Shown in pieces: positions 18,563-28,472 of a DNA stretch of 64,000 nt. Source of the DNA: Candidatus Giovannonibacteria bacterium (GTDB taxonomy: Bacteria; Patescibacteriota; Minisyncoccia; UBA11713; 2-01-FULL-45-33); the NCBI GenBank assembly GCA_016176295.1, contig JACOXN010000004.1:6655-70654 (forward strand), written 5' to 3'. The notes below the pieces were generated by a model that worked only from the letters and a program-made list of their open reading frames with translations, was not told the DNA's origin and made no database searches. Both the position numbers and the translations under genes were made by a program. Each line of letters starts with the position of its first letter. Position 1 is the stretch's first letter.

Positions 18563-20391
18563 TTTTTAAGACATTTAAGAAAATCTCCCAAAGGCAGCGT
18601 GTTTATTATGTCGCTTTTTTCGGCCCACCCGCGCCTCGCCTGGGCAATGCCGTATTCCAGGTAAGAAAGCTCATGCACCGAATGAGCATCTGTGTCTATA
18701 ACCATCTTAACTCCGGCTTCTTTTGCCATCCTGATATGCTCATCGGAAAGATCCAGCCGCCAGGGATGGCCGTCTATTTCCAAAATTGTCCCGGTACGCT
18801 TAGCCGCTTTTATTATGGCTTCGATATCCACGTCGTAAGGTTTGCGGCGGTTGATTATCCGGCCGGTCGGATGGAAAATAATATCCACGTTCCGATTTCC
18901 CATCGCCTTTATTATCCTTGCTGTCTGGTCCTCGCGAGAAAGATTAAAAAACGAATGCACGGCGGCCCCGACGACGTCAAGCTTGGCCAAAGTCTTATCG
19001 TCAATATCCAGAGAACCGTCCTTCAATATATTTACTTCGGCCCCTTTCAGTATCTTGAATTTTGACTTTTGTCCGCCGGATCGCGGATTAAATTTTAAAT
19101 TAAGTTTGTCTATCTCAGACATTTGGCGCAAAAGTTTTTTTTCATCAGCACCGCCCGTCATGGCAAGAGACCTCGTATGGTCCGTTACCGCCATGTATTC
19201 GTGCCCGAGTCTCATGGCTTCCTCCGCCATTTCCGAAATCGAGTTTGCGCCGTCCGTCCAATCTGTTTGCGTCTGCAAATCCCCCTTCAGATCTCCATAG
19301 CCCACGAGCTTTGGAAGCCGGTGTTTTAAAGCTGCTTCTATTTCCCCGCGGTTCAACCTCATTTCCGGAGGAGGGGTATCCATTCCCAATTTTTTGTAGA
19401 CCTCTTCTTCAGTATGCGCCGCAACCAATGTTTCTTTCTGCGTAGTTCTGCGTTTCTTTCCGCGTGTATCTGCGCTTTTGAAAAGCCCGTACTCGTTAAG
19501 TTTGTACCCTTTCTTGATAGCAATCTTCCGCACCTCGACATTGTGGTCTTTCGAACCGGTAAAATATTGGAGAGCCGCGCCGAATGAAACCTTGGGAAGA
19601 ACGCGCAGATCCGCGTCTAATCCCTGCTTCAGTCTGACAAGAACCTTGGTGGGGCCTTTCGCGAAAACATGACTCACTTCAGGCATTTTTGAAAAAAATT
19701 CGCAGATCATTTCCGGGTTTTCCGAAACAGCTAGAAAATCCAGGTCGCCGATAGTTTCCTGCCGTCTTCGCAACGATCCGGCTATTTCAATCGCTTCGAC
19801 GCCTTTTACTTTTTCAAGCCGCGACTTCATCGCGCGCGCCAAAGGAAGCAGCTTCCCTATTTCCACCCTTCCTCCGCCGCTTTTTTTATATTCGATACCT
19901 TTCAAAATTTTCTGCTCCATCTTTTCACGGATGTGCGGGATTGCGCGGAGTTCCCCGGAAGCGGCGGCCTTTTCAAGATCGGAAATATTTTTTATTTTTA
20001 GCTGATTGTAAAGCAGCTTTATCATTTTCGGACCCACCCCTTCAATCGAAGAAAGAGAAGCAATATCCACCGGAAATTTTTTCTTAAGACGATCGTACTC
20101 TTTAAAATGACCGTCGGAAAAAAGTTGCTTAAGATGCTCCGCAATCCCCCGGCCCACGCCGGGAATTTTCATGAGCCCCTTTATCCCGTCTTTTTTATAG
20201 ACACTCTCCACTTCCTCTTGCAGCCCGGCTACCCCGTCCGAGGCTCGCTCATACGCCCGGGGCTTGAACTCCACGCTCTCCATTTCGTAAAGCACAGCCA
20301 TCTCGGCCAAAATTTTTGATATCTCTTCATTGGTCATTATTCTTATATTATCATCCCCTAAAAGTGAAGTCGAAATTAGCATGCATAGCAT
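18559..20391 (-). CDS. polX: DNA polymerase X family protein with C-terminal PHP domain (PolX)
   Basis: HhH motifs (GVGPKMIKLL). Nucleotidyltransferase GSLRRRQETIGDLDFLAVS. PHP domain (MAVTDHT..., HSFFNLS..., IIFHPTGR). Confidence 0.8.
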   Translation of the reverse strand: MLCMLISTSLLGDDNIRIMTNEEISKILAEMAVLYEMESVEFKPRAYERASDGVAGLQEEVESVYKKDGIKGLMKIPGVGRGIAEHLKQLFSDGHFKEYDRLKKKFPVDIASLSSIEGVGPKMIKLLYNQLKIKNISDLEKAAASGELRAIPHIREKMEQKILKGIEYKKSGGGRVEIGKLLPLARAMKSRLEKVKGVEAIEIAGSLRRRQETIGDLDFLAVSENPEMICEFFSKMPEVSHVFAKGPTKVLVRLKQGLDADLRVLPKVSFGAALQYFTGSKDHNVEVRKIAIKKGYKLNEYGLFKSADTRGKKRRTTQKETLVAAHTEEEVYKKLGMDTPPPEMRLNRGEIEAALKHRLPKLVGYGDLKGDLQTQTDWTDGANSISEMAEEAMRLGHEYMAVTDHTRSLAMTGGADEKKLLRQMSEIDKLNLKFNPRSGGQKSKFKILKGAEVNILKDGSLDIDDKTLAKLDVVGAAVHSFFNLSREDQTARIIKAMGNRNVDIIFHPTGRIINRRKPYDVDIEAIIKAAKRTGTILEIDGHPWRLDLSDEHIRMAKEAGVKMVIDTDAHSVHELSYLEYGIAQARRGWAEKSDIINTLPLGDFLKCLKK

Positions 20392-20423
20392 TGACTATGC
20401 CTATTTTTTTCGTATAATTGAAT

Positions 20424-20638
20424 TTGGGAGAAGTGGACTATAAGGGTGCTCTACGCGTAAGAGCAGGATTCCAACCCTTACTCCGGAGCGTTTCCTCGAG
20501 GGCTTCCACGAAGCGCAAGCTTCCTCTGAGAAGCGGCTAACAACGTAATAAGACTAAGAGGAACAATGCCAAAGCAATGAACGCTGAGGCAAAAGCGGCC
20601 CCGGGATCATGATTCCGGCTGTCGGCGCTCCCTCCCAA
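20424..20638 (+). ncRNA. candidate structured ncRNA with RNase P RNA-like conserved blocks in canonical order (minimal rnpB-like?)
   Basis: GC-rich island in an AT-rich intergenic region. Terminal helix TTGGGAG (20424-20430) / CTCCCAA (20632-20638). Blocks in M1 order: GGAGAAGTGGACTATAAGGGTG ~ GGAAAGTCCGGGCTCCATAGGGCAG; GGGTGC...GTAAGAGC ~ CR-IV; CTCCGGAGCG ~ CCCGGAGCAAGG; GATTCCGGCTGTCGG ~ GAACCCGGCTTATCGG. Only ~215 nt, well short of a full type-A RNA. Confidence 0.4.
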
Positions 20639-20670
20639 CTATTCCTTGAAAAGTTATCCACATATATTAT

Positions 20671-20699
20671 TTGCAGGATAATAATATCTTGCATATACT
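20671..20699 (+). promoter_or_regulatory. sigma70-like promoter (TTGCAG - 17 bp - TATACT)
   Basis: Good -35/-10 spacing in the intergenic region. No downstream plus-strand CDS before a terminator at 20868-20898. Confidence 0.3.
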
Positions 20700-20867
20700 T
20701 AAAATAGGTTAGCAGTGTATGGATATTTTCCAAGTGAAAGCAAAGAGCGCATTTAATACCGGATTCAACAATCCACCGACTATCTAAGTCACCAACCCAC
20801 GCTCTTTACTCACACTTCCCACTGCCACCGCTCTTTTTACAACTCAATACCAACAACTCTTCTTAAG

Positions 20868-20898
20868 CCCCGGTCCTAGTACCGGGTGCTCTTTTTTT
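20868..20898 (+). terminator. plus-strand rho-independent terminator (cccggt-cctagt-accggg + TTTTTTT)
   Basis: Hairpin plus T-run oriented for the plus strand, abutting the stop of the convergent minus gene. Together with the promoter it bounds a ~190-nt non-coding transcript. Confidence 0.45.
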
Positions 20899-20900
20899 AT

Positions 20901-21749
20901 TTAACTCATCACCTGGGCGGCAGCGATCGAAAGAAGCACGACCAGAAACGCTATGGTTTTTTTCCAGTGAAAAGGCTCTTTTAATATCAGAACCGCCGAA
21001 GCGTAAACCAAAAAAGGCTGAAGAGAAAAGAGCAGAGCGGTGTGAACTATGCCCAGCCGTTGGTAACTGAAATAAAACAGCAGCCAGGCGACCGTCGTAA
21101 AAATATTCGTAAGGAAAAGCAATGAAAAATTCCGGATAGAAACCCTTTTGGCCGCCTTTGCGAACATAAGCCAAATGGCGAGAGCGGTAATCCCGGAGCG
21201 CACAACCTCAAGCGAAATGGGGTTCCAGGAGATAAGCAGCACTTTGGAGAGCGCGGCGGAAAGCGGCGCCGCCGAAAAAGCCCAGATAAAAAATGGCAGT
21301 GTTTTTTTAGCTATCTTAAAATGTCTTTTTTCCCAATGCGACCAGAGAATGGCCAAAGAAGAAACTAAAGCGGGTATGAGAATATAGTAATTCCTTTCAT
21401 CGGGAAAAATAAAGCTTGAAAAAATAATCGCCGGAATGGCTGTGAGAAGCCCCAAGGTTTCCATCTCGGAGAGATCCTCGAAAGAAAGCGCGCGGTAATA
21501 GAGAACGTTCGTGATAATCGTTATGGCGCAGGAAAGAAGTATCAGCCCCAGGCTCCAGCCGAAAAAAAGCTCGACCGATAACGGCGGACGGAAAAGTATA
21601 AAAATGAAAAGTGTGATGAAAAAAGACAGAGGAAAACTGACGCCGACATAGGTTCTAAAATCGAACTTCTTGAACGACAAAATGGTCTTGTCCAAAACCA
21701 CGGAACCGGTTTGCAGGAACGCCGCCAAAATTGGGAAAAGGAAATTCAT
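20901..21749 (-). CDS. EamA/DMT-superfamily-like membrane transporter (about 10 TM)
   Basis: 282 aa, two halves of five hydrophobic helices each. Confidence 0.45.
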   Translation of the reverse strand: MNFLFPILAAFLQTGSVVLDKTILSFKKFDFRTYVGVSFPLSFFITLFIFILFRPPLSVELFFGWSLGLILLSCAITIITNVLYYRALSFEDLSEMETLGLLTAIPAIIFSSFIFPDERNYYILIPALVSSLAILWSHWEKRHFKIAKKTLPFFIWAFSAAPLSAALSKVLLISWNPISLEVVRSGITALAIWLMFAKAAKRVSIRNFSLLFLTNIFTTVAWLLFYFSYQRLGIVHTALLFSLQPFLVYASAVLILKEPFHWKKTIAFLVVLLSIAAAQVMS

Positions 21750-22321
21750 GCTTTGGTCTTCAAATTAAGCAGCGCCGGCAATTTTTTAAAATCTTTTTCA
21801 AGCTCTTTTAATACATTAGTCGAACGGAGCGCGGCAGCCGGATGGTAAAGCGGCAGGATAAGCACGCTTTTTTCTTTGGTTTTTACGATTACGGGCTTTC
21901 CATGGTCCAGCGATATCTTTGCATTGGGCAAAAAATAGTTCATGGAAAAACGCCCAAGGGTGGCAATCACTTTCGGATCGATTATCTTTATCTGTTTCTT
22001 TAAATAAGGCTTATACGCCTCTATCTCTTCCGGCAGCGGATCGCGGTTTTCCGGGGGACGCCTTTTTACGATATTTGAAATATAAACCGATCCCCTCGGC
22101 CAGCCAATATCCGCCAAGAGCTTACCCAAAAGTTTTCCGGCGCGTCCGACGAACGGCCGTCCAACCTTATCTTCAAAAAAACCGGGCGCCTCGCCGATAA
22201 ACATAACACGAGCCTCGGGGTCTCCCTCTCCGAAAACCAGAGTGGCCGAGCCGAAGAGTGGCAAGCCTTCGTCGGTTTCCATGTTCTTTTTTAACTCATC
22301 CAAGAGGATTTTTTTATTCAT
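21746..22321 (-). CDS. uracil-DNA glycosylase, family 4
   Basis: [35 protein letters not shown] ... HPAA. Confidence 0.75.
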   Translation of the reverse strand: MNKKILLDELKKNMETDEGLPLFGSATLVFGEGDPEARVMFIGEAPGFFEDKVGRPFVGRAGKLLGKLLADIGWPRGSVYISNIVKRRPPENRDPLPEEIEAYKPYLKKQIKIIDPKVIATLGRFSMNYFLPNAKISLDHGKPVIVKTKEKSVLILPLYHPAAALRSTNVLKELEKDFKKLPALLNLKTKA

Positions 22322-22322
22322 T

Positions 22323-22937
22323 TTATTTTTTAACTGAATTTCTGTTTTTTATTAAATGAATGACGGGCGGAATAAAAGAAACAACGACTATGCCGAGAAT
22401 TATGGGAATTATGTATTTATCAACTCCCGGAATAACACTCCCTAAAAAATAACCGAGCAAAGTCATCCCGAATGACCAAATAAGAGCACCCAAAATATTG
22501 TAATAAATAAACGTAGAATAGCTCATCCGGCCAATACCGGCCACTATCGGAGCAAAAGTTCTGATCACTGGAAGAAAACGCGCCAAGACGATTGTCATAG
22601 GCCCCTTTTTTTCGAAATAAGATCTTGCCCTTTCCAAATGATCTTTATGGAATAGAACAGAATCTTCTTTTTTAAAGAGCGCCGGTCCTACTTTGGCGCC
22701 AAAAGCATAGCCGAAATTATCCCCCAGCACGGCCGCAATGAACGTGATAAGGCACAATAGCCAGATGTTCAGGATGCCCTGCGAAGCCAGAAAACCTGCC
22801 GTAAAAAGCAAAGAGTCCCCGGGAAGAAAAAAACCGAGAAAAAGCCCGGATTCCGCGAATACAATAAAAAAAAGCCCGAAATACCCGGCCGTTCGGACCA
22901 GCAGCTCCAGATCTAACCCCAAAATCGAGTCCAACAT
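22323..22937 (-). CDS. DedA/VTT-domain membrane protein
   Basis: [13 protein letters not shown] ... [20 protein letters not shown]. Confidence 0.7.
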   Translation of the reverse strand: MLDSILGLDLELLVRTAGYFGLFFIVFAESGLFLGFFLPGDSLLFTAGFLASQGILNIWLLCLITFIAAVLGDNFGYAFGAKVGPALFKKEDSVLFHKDHLERARSYFEKKGPMTIVLARFLPVIRTFAPIVAGIGRMSYSTFIYYNILGALIWSFGMTLLGYFLGSVIPGVDKYIIPIILGIVVVSFIPPVIHLIKNRNSVKK

Positions 22938-22943
22938 AATAAA

Positions 22944-24080
22944 TTAAAAAACTTGATAAAGCAATTCATATATTATGCTAGCCCCAAAAATGATTGAAAG
23001 CAAAATCTGGCTTACTAGGCCAAAAGAAAGAAATCTTTCGGTACGCCCGAACCGCTTTCTGAGGCTGCGCAAAATAAAGATAACAAAAAGACCGTCAAAA
23101 GCTATGAAGAGACCCCCGACTATGGAAATGAGTTTTACGAAATCATCGGCCCCCAGAAGAAACACGGCCAGAGGCACAAGCACGGTAAAAAGCCAAGCCA
23201 TAAGTTCTTTCATACCAATATCCAGCCGATATATCTCTTTTAGATCGAATCCGAGCGCCAAATAAGACGTGAACATAGCAAGAACACCGATAAAAGCTCC
23301 GAGTGATATGACCCACGCTCCGCCCATTTGGGAAGCAAGTCCTGCGAGTGACTCAATTGAAGGCATGCCTGACGCCATCAAAACAGAAACTATAAATATC
23401 AAATATAGCGCAGCGGGAACTACCGTCCCCAAAAGGATGGCTTTTTTAAAAAGACCATCCTTCTTGCCCGGAAACAAGTTTCTGGCGTCGGCGATTACCG
23501 AAAGCCCCGTTAAAGAGAATAAAAAAATACCGAAGACAAAAAACGGGTCTGAACCCAGAAAAATGACATCGTTTTTGCCAAAACCGCTCTTTGCAGCGAG
23601 ACCGGATATGACCAAAATCGCCAATATCAAAAATATGGTAAGGACCAAATTAAGAAAACCTATATTCTCAATGTTCCATGATAATAAAATAACGCCGCCC
23701 GCCGCGAAAAATACCACGGTCCAAAAGAGAGGCGAAAATCCGAAAAGCATTGAAAGGAAAGAGCCGCCCAGCGCGCCGTAAATAAGAAGTGCCGCGCTGA
23801 ACCCGAATATACCGGTGAATTTCTCAAAATGCCCAGCCCAATTCCCAAGATAGATGCGCGCATAACCGGGAAGCCTGTGGGAACCCGAGGTGTTGGAGAT
23901 TATTTCTCCGTACGCCAGATGTACGGATAGCACAGCGAAAAGCGCAAGAACCGCAGCGGCCAACGAACTCCAGAAACCTGAAACGCTGATTGCATAGGGC
24001 AGCGCGAACATTCCGGAGCCGATTATCATTCCGCCGATCAAGCCAACAGCTTCCCAGAATGACGATTTAAAAACGCGCAT
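22944..24080 (-). CDS. amino-acid permease-like transporter (HAAAP / Trp-Tyr permease-like)
   Basis: 378 aa, ~11 TM, N-terminal GSGMFALPYA similar to GAGxLxLP of aromatic amino-acid permeases. Confidence 0.45.
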   Translation of the reverse strand: MRVFKSSFWEAVGLIGGMIIGSGMFALPYAISVSGFWSSLAAAVLALFAVLSVHLAYGEIISNTSGSHRLPGYARIYLGNWAGHFEKFTGIFGFSAALLIYGALGGSFLSMLFGFSPLFWTVVFFAAGGVILLSWNIENIGFLNLVLTIFLILAILVISGLAAKSGFGKNDVIFLGSDPFFVFGIFLFSLTGLSVIADARNLFPGKKDGLFKKAILLGTVVPAALYLIFIVSVLMASGMPSIESLAGLASQMGGAWVISLGAFIGVLAMFTSYLALGFDLKEIYRLDIGMKELMAWLFTVLVPLAVFLLGADDFVKLISIVGGLFIAFDGLFVIFILRSLRKRFGRTERFLSFGLVSQILLSIIFGASIIYELLYQVF

Positions 24081-24083
24081 TGA

Positions 24084-24563
24084 TCATTTTTCCGCCCGTG
24101 GTATCTGTTTTTCCAGACGCCTTAAGGCCCAAAATACGAGAAGTACGAGCACCGTCGAAAAAATAGCGACAGAATTGAAACCCATGCCGGCGGCGATTCC
24201 TATAGCCGCGGTCACCCACATTCCTGCGGCGGTAGTGAGGCCCAGAACCTTGTTTTCTTTAAAAACAATGAGCCCCGCGCCCAAAAAACCGATACCGACC
24301 ACAATATTCGCGATCAAATGATAATCATAGCCCGGAACCCCGTTCACAGACGGATATGCGCTGTATGCTTGAATCGAAATAACGGTAAAAAGCGCTGCCC
24401 CCAAAGAGACCAGCGTATAGGTACGGAGTCCGGCAGCTTTTCCTTTGTGTTCCCTTTCCGCGCCGATCAACATACCCAATACTATGGCTAAAACAAGCCT
24501 CAACGACATTTCGAAAGTTTCGGACTGGATCAGAAAATGTTTTATGATAACGGGATCAATCAT
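24084..24563 (-). CDS. MgtC/SapB family membrane protein
   Basis: LRLVLAIVLGMLIGAEREHKGKAAGLRTYTLVSLGAALF ... GIGFLGAGLI ... GLTTAAGMWVTAAIGIAAG. Confidence 0.7.
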   Translation of the reverse strand: MIDPVIIKHFLIQSETFEMSLRLVLAIVLGMLIGAEREHKGKAAGLRTYTLVSLGAALFTVISIQAYSAYPSVNGVPGYDYHLIANIVVGIGFLGAGLIVFKENKVLGLTTAAGMWVTAAIGIAAGMGFNSVAIFSTVLVLLVFWALRRLEKQIPRAEK

Positions 24564-24578
24564 ATCTTTCCGATAAAA

Positions 24579-25172
24579 TTAATAATACCTGGAACTTTTT
24601 TCCTTTTTTATCAATTCCAAAACTTTAGCAACAAGCGACTTCGGATCGGCATCGTAAACAATATTTCCGGGGCCTCTATTGGATTTTTCGATAATATCCC
24701 GAACCACCTCGGTAGAGCCTCCCGCTCCATCCAAAACTCCGATGGGCTTTCCGTCTTCCAGAGCGATGGTAAATTCGTTCAAAGTGCCCCATCTTCCGCA
24801 GCCCACGATTATAGCATCCGCGGCACGGGTTAAAAGCAGATTCCTGCCGGAATAGCCGAAGCCGGTGTAGATAATGACATCCATGTAGTCCAGTGGAAGA
24901 TTGTATTTTTCTACATGATCCTTCTCCGAGGTGGCGGGAGAAAGACCGATAGAAAACCCGTTGGCTTCCTTAGCTCCCATGGCTGACCACATCGGAAACC
25001 CGGTGGTGGCGCCCGTAACTAAAACCGCGCCTTCCTCGACGATGGCCCGTCCGATAATCTTCGCTTTTTCCAGAGTATCCGGAGCGCAGTGGCCGGTCTC
25101 AGCCGCCCCAGACACACATATTTTGTATTTAAGATGTATATGCTTCTCATCCATTCCTGAATTATACCTCAC
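24579..25172 (-). CDS. TIGR00725/LOG-like Rossmann-fold protein
   Basis: VTGATTGFPMWSAMGA ... GCGRWGTLNEF pattern of the LOG/SLOG family. Confidence 0.55.
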   Translation of the reverse strand: MRYNSGMDEKHIHLKYKICVSGAAETGHCAPDTLEKAKIIGRAIVEEGAVLVTGATTGFPMWSAMGAKEANGFSIGLSPATSEKDHVEKYNLPLDYMDVIIYTGFGYSGRNLLLTRAADAIIVGCGRWGTLNEFTIALEDGKPIGVLDGAGGSTEVVRDIIEKSNRGPGNIVYDADPKSLVAKVLELIKKEKSSRYY

Positions 25173-25208
25173 CCGCTAAAATTTTCATCCACAACTTATA
25201 GCAAAAAA

Positions 25209-26564
25209 CTACAACTCAACACTCTCGCCGTATTTTGGCGCATAGGCTTCGATGCCCATATAATCGCGGATGGTTTGCACCAGATTGAACGAAGACCGCG
25301 GCTCGCCGTGCACCAGAAAAACTTTTTTTAAAGTGTCGGCTTTTCCCTGCACAAAATTGAAAAGATCTTCTTTGTCGGGGTGCGCCGAATATCCGTTTAT
25401 TTCTTCAATATGGCAATTGACCGGGACTTCATCTCCGAAAAGTGTTACAGTCTTTGCGCCGTCCCTGATGCGGCGGCCCAGAGTTCCCGGAGCCTGGTAA
25501 CCGACAAAAAGTATGGTATTTCTCGAGTCTTTCAGATACCGGCGCTCGTGGTGAAGTATCCTTCCGCCCGTAGACATCCCGGAACCGGCAATTATTATTT
25601 TGGGCGCGGAGACATTATTTATTTCCTTGGATTCTTCGGTGGTCAATGTGAATTTAACGTCGGGAACGCTAAAAAAAGAAAATGAGCCCGTCTGCCCGAA
25701 AGCTTTTTTCAGGTGGGTATCGTAATATTTTTGATAAATTTTTGTGGCTTTTATGGCAAGCGGACTATCGAGAAAAATGGGGATCTCTGGTATCTGTTTT
25801 TCTTTGAGCATGCCGGATATTTCCCAAAGCAGCTGCTGCGTCCTCTCTAGTGAAAAAGCCGGGATCATCAAAACTCCTCCCCGCCCGACACTTTTTTCTA
25901 TAACTCGCTCCAATTTGAGCCTCCTCTCCGCTTCGCCTTCGTGGTCGGTATCGCCATATGTCGATTCAGCCACCAAGAACTGCGGGCCAAGCGGAGTTTC
26001 TTTCACTTCTATCAATGGATTGCTAGGGTTCCCGAGGTCGCCCGTGAAAAGCGCCTTTGTCGCCCCTTCTTCGACAAGCAACATTGAAGAGCCCAGAATA
26101 TGCCCGGCATTGTAAAGCGTCACCGTAAAACTCCCCGCGGCTATTTTTTCCATGTAATTTTTCCCCTCCCACATACCGATCGCGCGCGACACATCCTCCT
26201 CGGAATAAAAGACCTCCTCCTTTTCGCGCGAGGCTTCTTTAGTCATTACGCCCAGGCTGTCGGAAAGCATCAGCTCGCCCAGATCTTTTGTGGGAAGCGA
26301 GGAATAAATTTTCCCCATGAAACCGTCTTTAACAAGCTTGGGGATCCTTCCGGTGTGGTCCAAATGCGCGTGAGTTATGAAAAGCGCTTCAATGCCCGCG
26401 GGGTCGAACGGAAACTTTTCACGGTTGCGGTCATCGCAAAATTTATGGCCGCCCTGGAAAAGACCGCAATCTATTAGTATTTTATCTTTCGCCGGAGATC
26501 CTGATTCAAGAAGAAAACAGCTTCCGGTCACTTCCTCCGCCGCGCCATAAAATGTAAGTTTCAT
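25209..26564 (-). CDS. MBL-fold metallo-hydrolase, beta-CASP RNA-metabolising family, paralog 2
   Basis: HAHLDHTGRIP HxHxDH motif, 451 aa. Same architecture as the gene at 4943-6331. Confidence 0.65.
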   Translation of the reverse strand: MKLTFYGAAEEVTGSCFLLESGSPAKDKILIDCGLFQGGHKFCDDRNREKFPFDPAGIEALFITHAHLDHTGRIPKLVKDGFMGKIYSSLPTKDLGELMLSDSLGVMTKEASREKEEVFYSEEDVSRAIGMWEGKNYMEKIAAGSFTVTLYNAGHILGSSMLLVEEGATKALFTGDLGNPSNPLIEVKETPLGPQFLVAESTYGDTDHEGEAERRLKLERVIEKSVGRGGVLMIPAFSLERTQQLLWEISGMLKEKQIPEIPIFLDSPLAIKATKIYQKYYDTHLKKAFGQTGSFSFFSVPDVKFTLTTEESKEINNVSAPKIIIAGSGMSTGGRILHHERRYLKDSRNTILFVGYQAPGTLGRRIRDGAKTVTLFGDEVPVNCHIEEINGYSAHPDKEDLFNFVQGKADTLKKVFLVHGEPRSSFNLVQTIRDYMGIEAYAPKYGESVEL

Positions 26565-26977
26565 AATTTAATTCGAATACATTTGTAATAAATAATACCA
26601 AACAGACCGCCCAAAAGATCCATGAGAAGGTCGGCCAAAGTATCTTCGTAGACTTTGGGCAGCTTGGTGTATCCGCTCATCAATATATACCTGTCTGAGA
26701 CGAATTCCCCCATTTCCCAGATGGCTCCCACCAAAACCACTATTCCAAGGAGCCCAAGCACAAGGGCCGTGGCCGAATGCCGGCCGGAAAGTTCCCAGTT
26801 GAAGTTCGCCTTTGCGGACCTCGCTAAAATAAGGACCCAAAAACCTCCGATAAAATGGAGCAATACGTCGTACCACCAAAAAACAAAGTATAAACGGTAA
26901 AAAAGCCCGACCGCCCAGAGAACAAAGAGAACGACCAGCACGAGCGCCACTAAACCGAACGAAGTATGCGGCTTCAT
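26561..26977 (-). CDS. hypothetical membrane protein (4 TM)
   Basis: ORF track, hydrophobic. Confidence 0.4.
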   Translation of the reverse strand: MKPHTSFGLVALVLVVLFVLWAVGLFYRLYFVFWWYDVLLHFIGGFWVLILARSAKANFNWELSGRHSATALVLGLLGIVVLVGAIWEMGEFVSDRYILMSGYTKLPKVYEDTLADLLMDLLGGLFGIIYYKCIRIKL

Positions 26978-26983
26978 GTAACT

Positions 26984-27574
26984 TTAGAACATTATATCCT
27001 CCTCCGCCCGTTTATAGTCGTGGATCTCTTCCGGCGAGAACCAGTGTTCGATTTCATGCGAAGATTCTTCCTGATTTCCGGAAGCATGCACAATATTTTT
27101 TACAACACGCTTCTCTACATTGGCTGCAGAGGGAGTATCTACTGAGTAATCTCCGCGAATCGTGCCTGGCAAAGCTTCAATTGGATAAGTATGTCCGACT
27201 ATTTTGCGCACGGTACTAATAGCATGCATTCCTTCAATAACCATAGCCACAACCGGACCGGCGGTTAGATAGTCTGCAAGCCAACTTTTAACCTGTTTTC
27301 CTATCTCAACTACATCGTCAGTGCCAAAATGTTCGTTAACGTTTATTTTTTTACCATCAAAAAATTCTTTGGTCCGGGAACCAACGGACTTAAACCATTC
27401 ATCGTGAGATGGGTAGTGCTTATTAATGTGTTCGGCAGTAGGCCAAACCATTTTTAATGCAATAATCTTGAGACCTCGTTTCTCAAAACGAGTTAATACT
27501 TCCCCTACTAAACCCCTCATTACTCCGTCAGGCTTTACTAAAACGAATGTTCTTTCTTCTTTAGGATGTGTCAT
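26984..27574 (-). CDS. ndk: nucleoside-diphosphate kinase with ~50-aa C-terminal extension
   Basis: ERTFVLVKPDGVMRGLVGEVLTRFEKRGLKIIALKM ... NIVHASG. Confidence 0.85.
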   Translation of the reverse strand: MTHPKEERTFVLVKPDGVMRGLVGEVLTRFEKRGLKIIALKMVWPTAEHINKHYPSHDEWFKSVGSRTKEFFDGKKINVNEHFGTDDVVEIGKQVKSWLADYLTAGPVVAMVIEGMHAISTVRKIVGHTYPIEALPGTIRGDYSVDTPSAANVEKRVVKNIVHASGNQEESSHEIEHWFSPEEIHDYKRAEEDIMF

Positions 27575-27596
27575 ATTTAATTATATTACTATTTTT

Positions 27597-28472
27597 TTAT
27601 TCGAAATACCAGGAGATAGCTCCGCCGGTAATTTCAAAAATAACCGTCCCGTCGCGGTCCGTGCGGAAAATTTTTGAGCCGACTGAAGCCAGGCGCGTCA
27701 TCGCTTCGCTTGTCGGATGACCATAATTATTTTTACCGACGGAGATAACGGAATATTCCGGCTTAACCTTCCGCAAAAACACGTCCGAGCTTGAATTCTT
27801 AGAGCCATGGTGCCCGACCTTGAGCACATCCACGTCGTCAATAAGCCCCCGCCACGATAAGGCGGCCTCAAGGCCTTTCTCGGCGTCTCCCATAAACATG
27901 ATCTTTTTGCTCTCGAAAATAAGTTCCGCGACCAACATTGCATCGTGAGCGTTCTTTAAGGATCTCCCTTCGAATGAAACATCCGGATAAAGGAATTTAA
28001 TTTCACCTCCGTTAAAGAAAGAAAGTTTGGTCGGCCCTTTCACGTCGATCTTTTTTACTCCTTTAGAAAAAATAAGTCTTTCAAATTCACCGGCTTCGGA
28101 GGTATTATATTCCATCCCGCTTTCAAAAACAGCGCCGACCTCATAACGCTTCAGAACTTCAATCAATCCGGAGACATGGTCTTTATGCGGATGAGTTAAG
28201 ATTACCGCGTCAATGGAACGGTCGTAATAAGGCATGACTGATCCAAGTTTCGAAAGCACCTGCGAATTGGGCCCGCCGTCTATCAAGACCTGAGTGCCGT
28301 CGCGCGCCTGGATAAAAATAGAATCCCCCTGTCCGACGTTCAGAAAATAAACGGCAAGGTCGGGTTCACTCTCTTTTTCAAATACCGCCTGCCAAATAAT
28401 AAGGTTCGACGCGGCCAAAACAAAAAATAATATCCAGAGCCCTTTTTTGTAATAACTTTTAAACACGCTCAT
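27597..28472 (-). CDS. ComEC C-terminal MBL-domain protein (separate ORF with its own TM anchor)
   Basis: LTHPHKDHVSGL, GDSIF, VGHHG. ATGA-type 4-nt overlap with the upstream ComEC membrane-domain ORF. Confidence 0.7.
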   Translation of the reverse strand: MSVFKSYYKKGLWILFFVLAASNLIIWQAVFEKESEPDLAVYFLNVGQGDSIFIQARDGTQVLIDGGPNSQVLSKLGSVMPYYDRSIDAVILTHPHKDHVSGLIEVLKRYEVGAVFESGMEYNTSEAGEFERLIFSKGVKKIDVKGPTKLSFFNGGEIKFLYPDVSFEGRSLKNAHDAMLVAELIFESKKIMFMGDAEKGLEAALSWRGLIDDVDVLKVGHHGSKNSSSDVFLRKVKPEYSVISVGKNNYGHPTSEAMTRLASVGSKIFRTDRDGTVIFEITGGAISWYFE

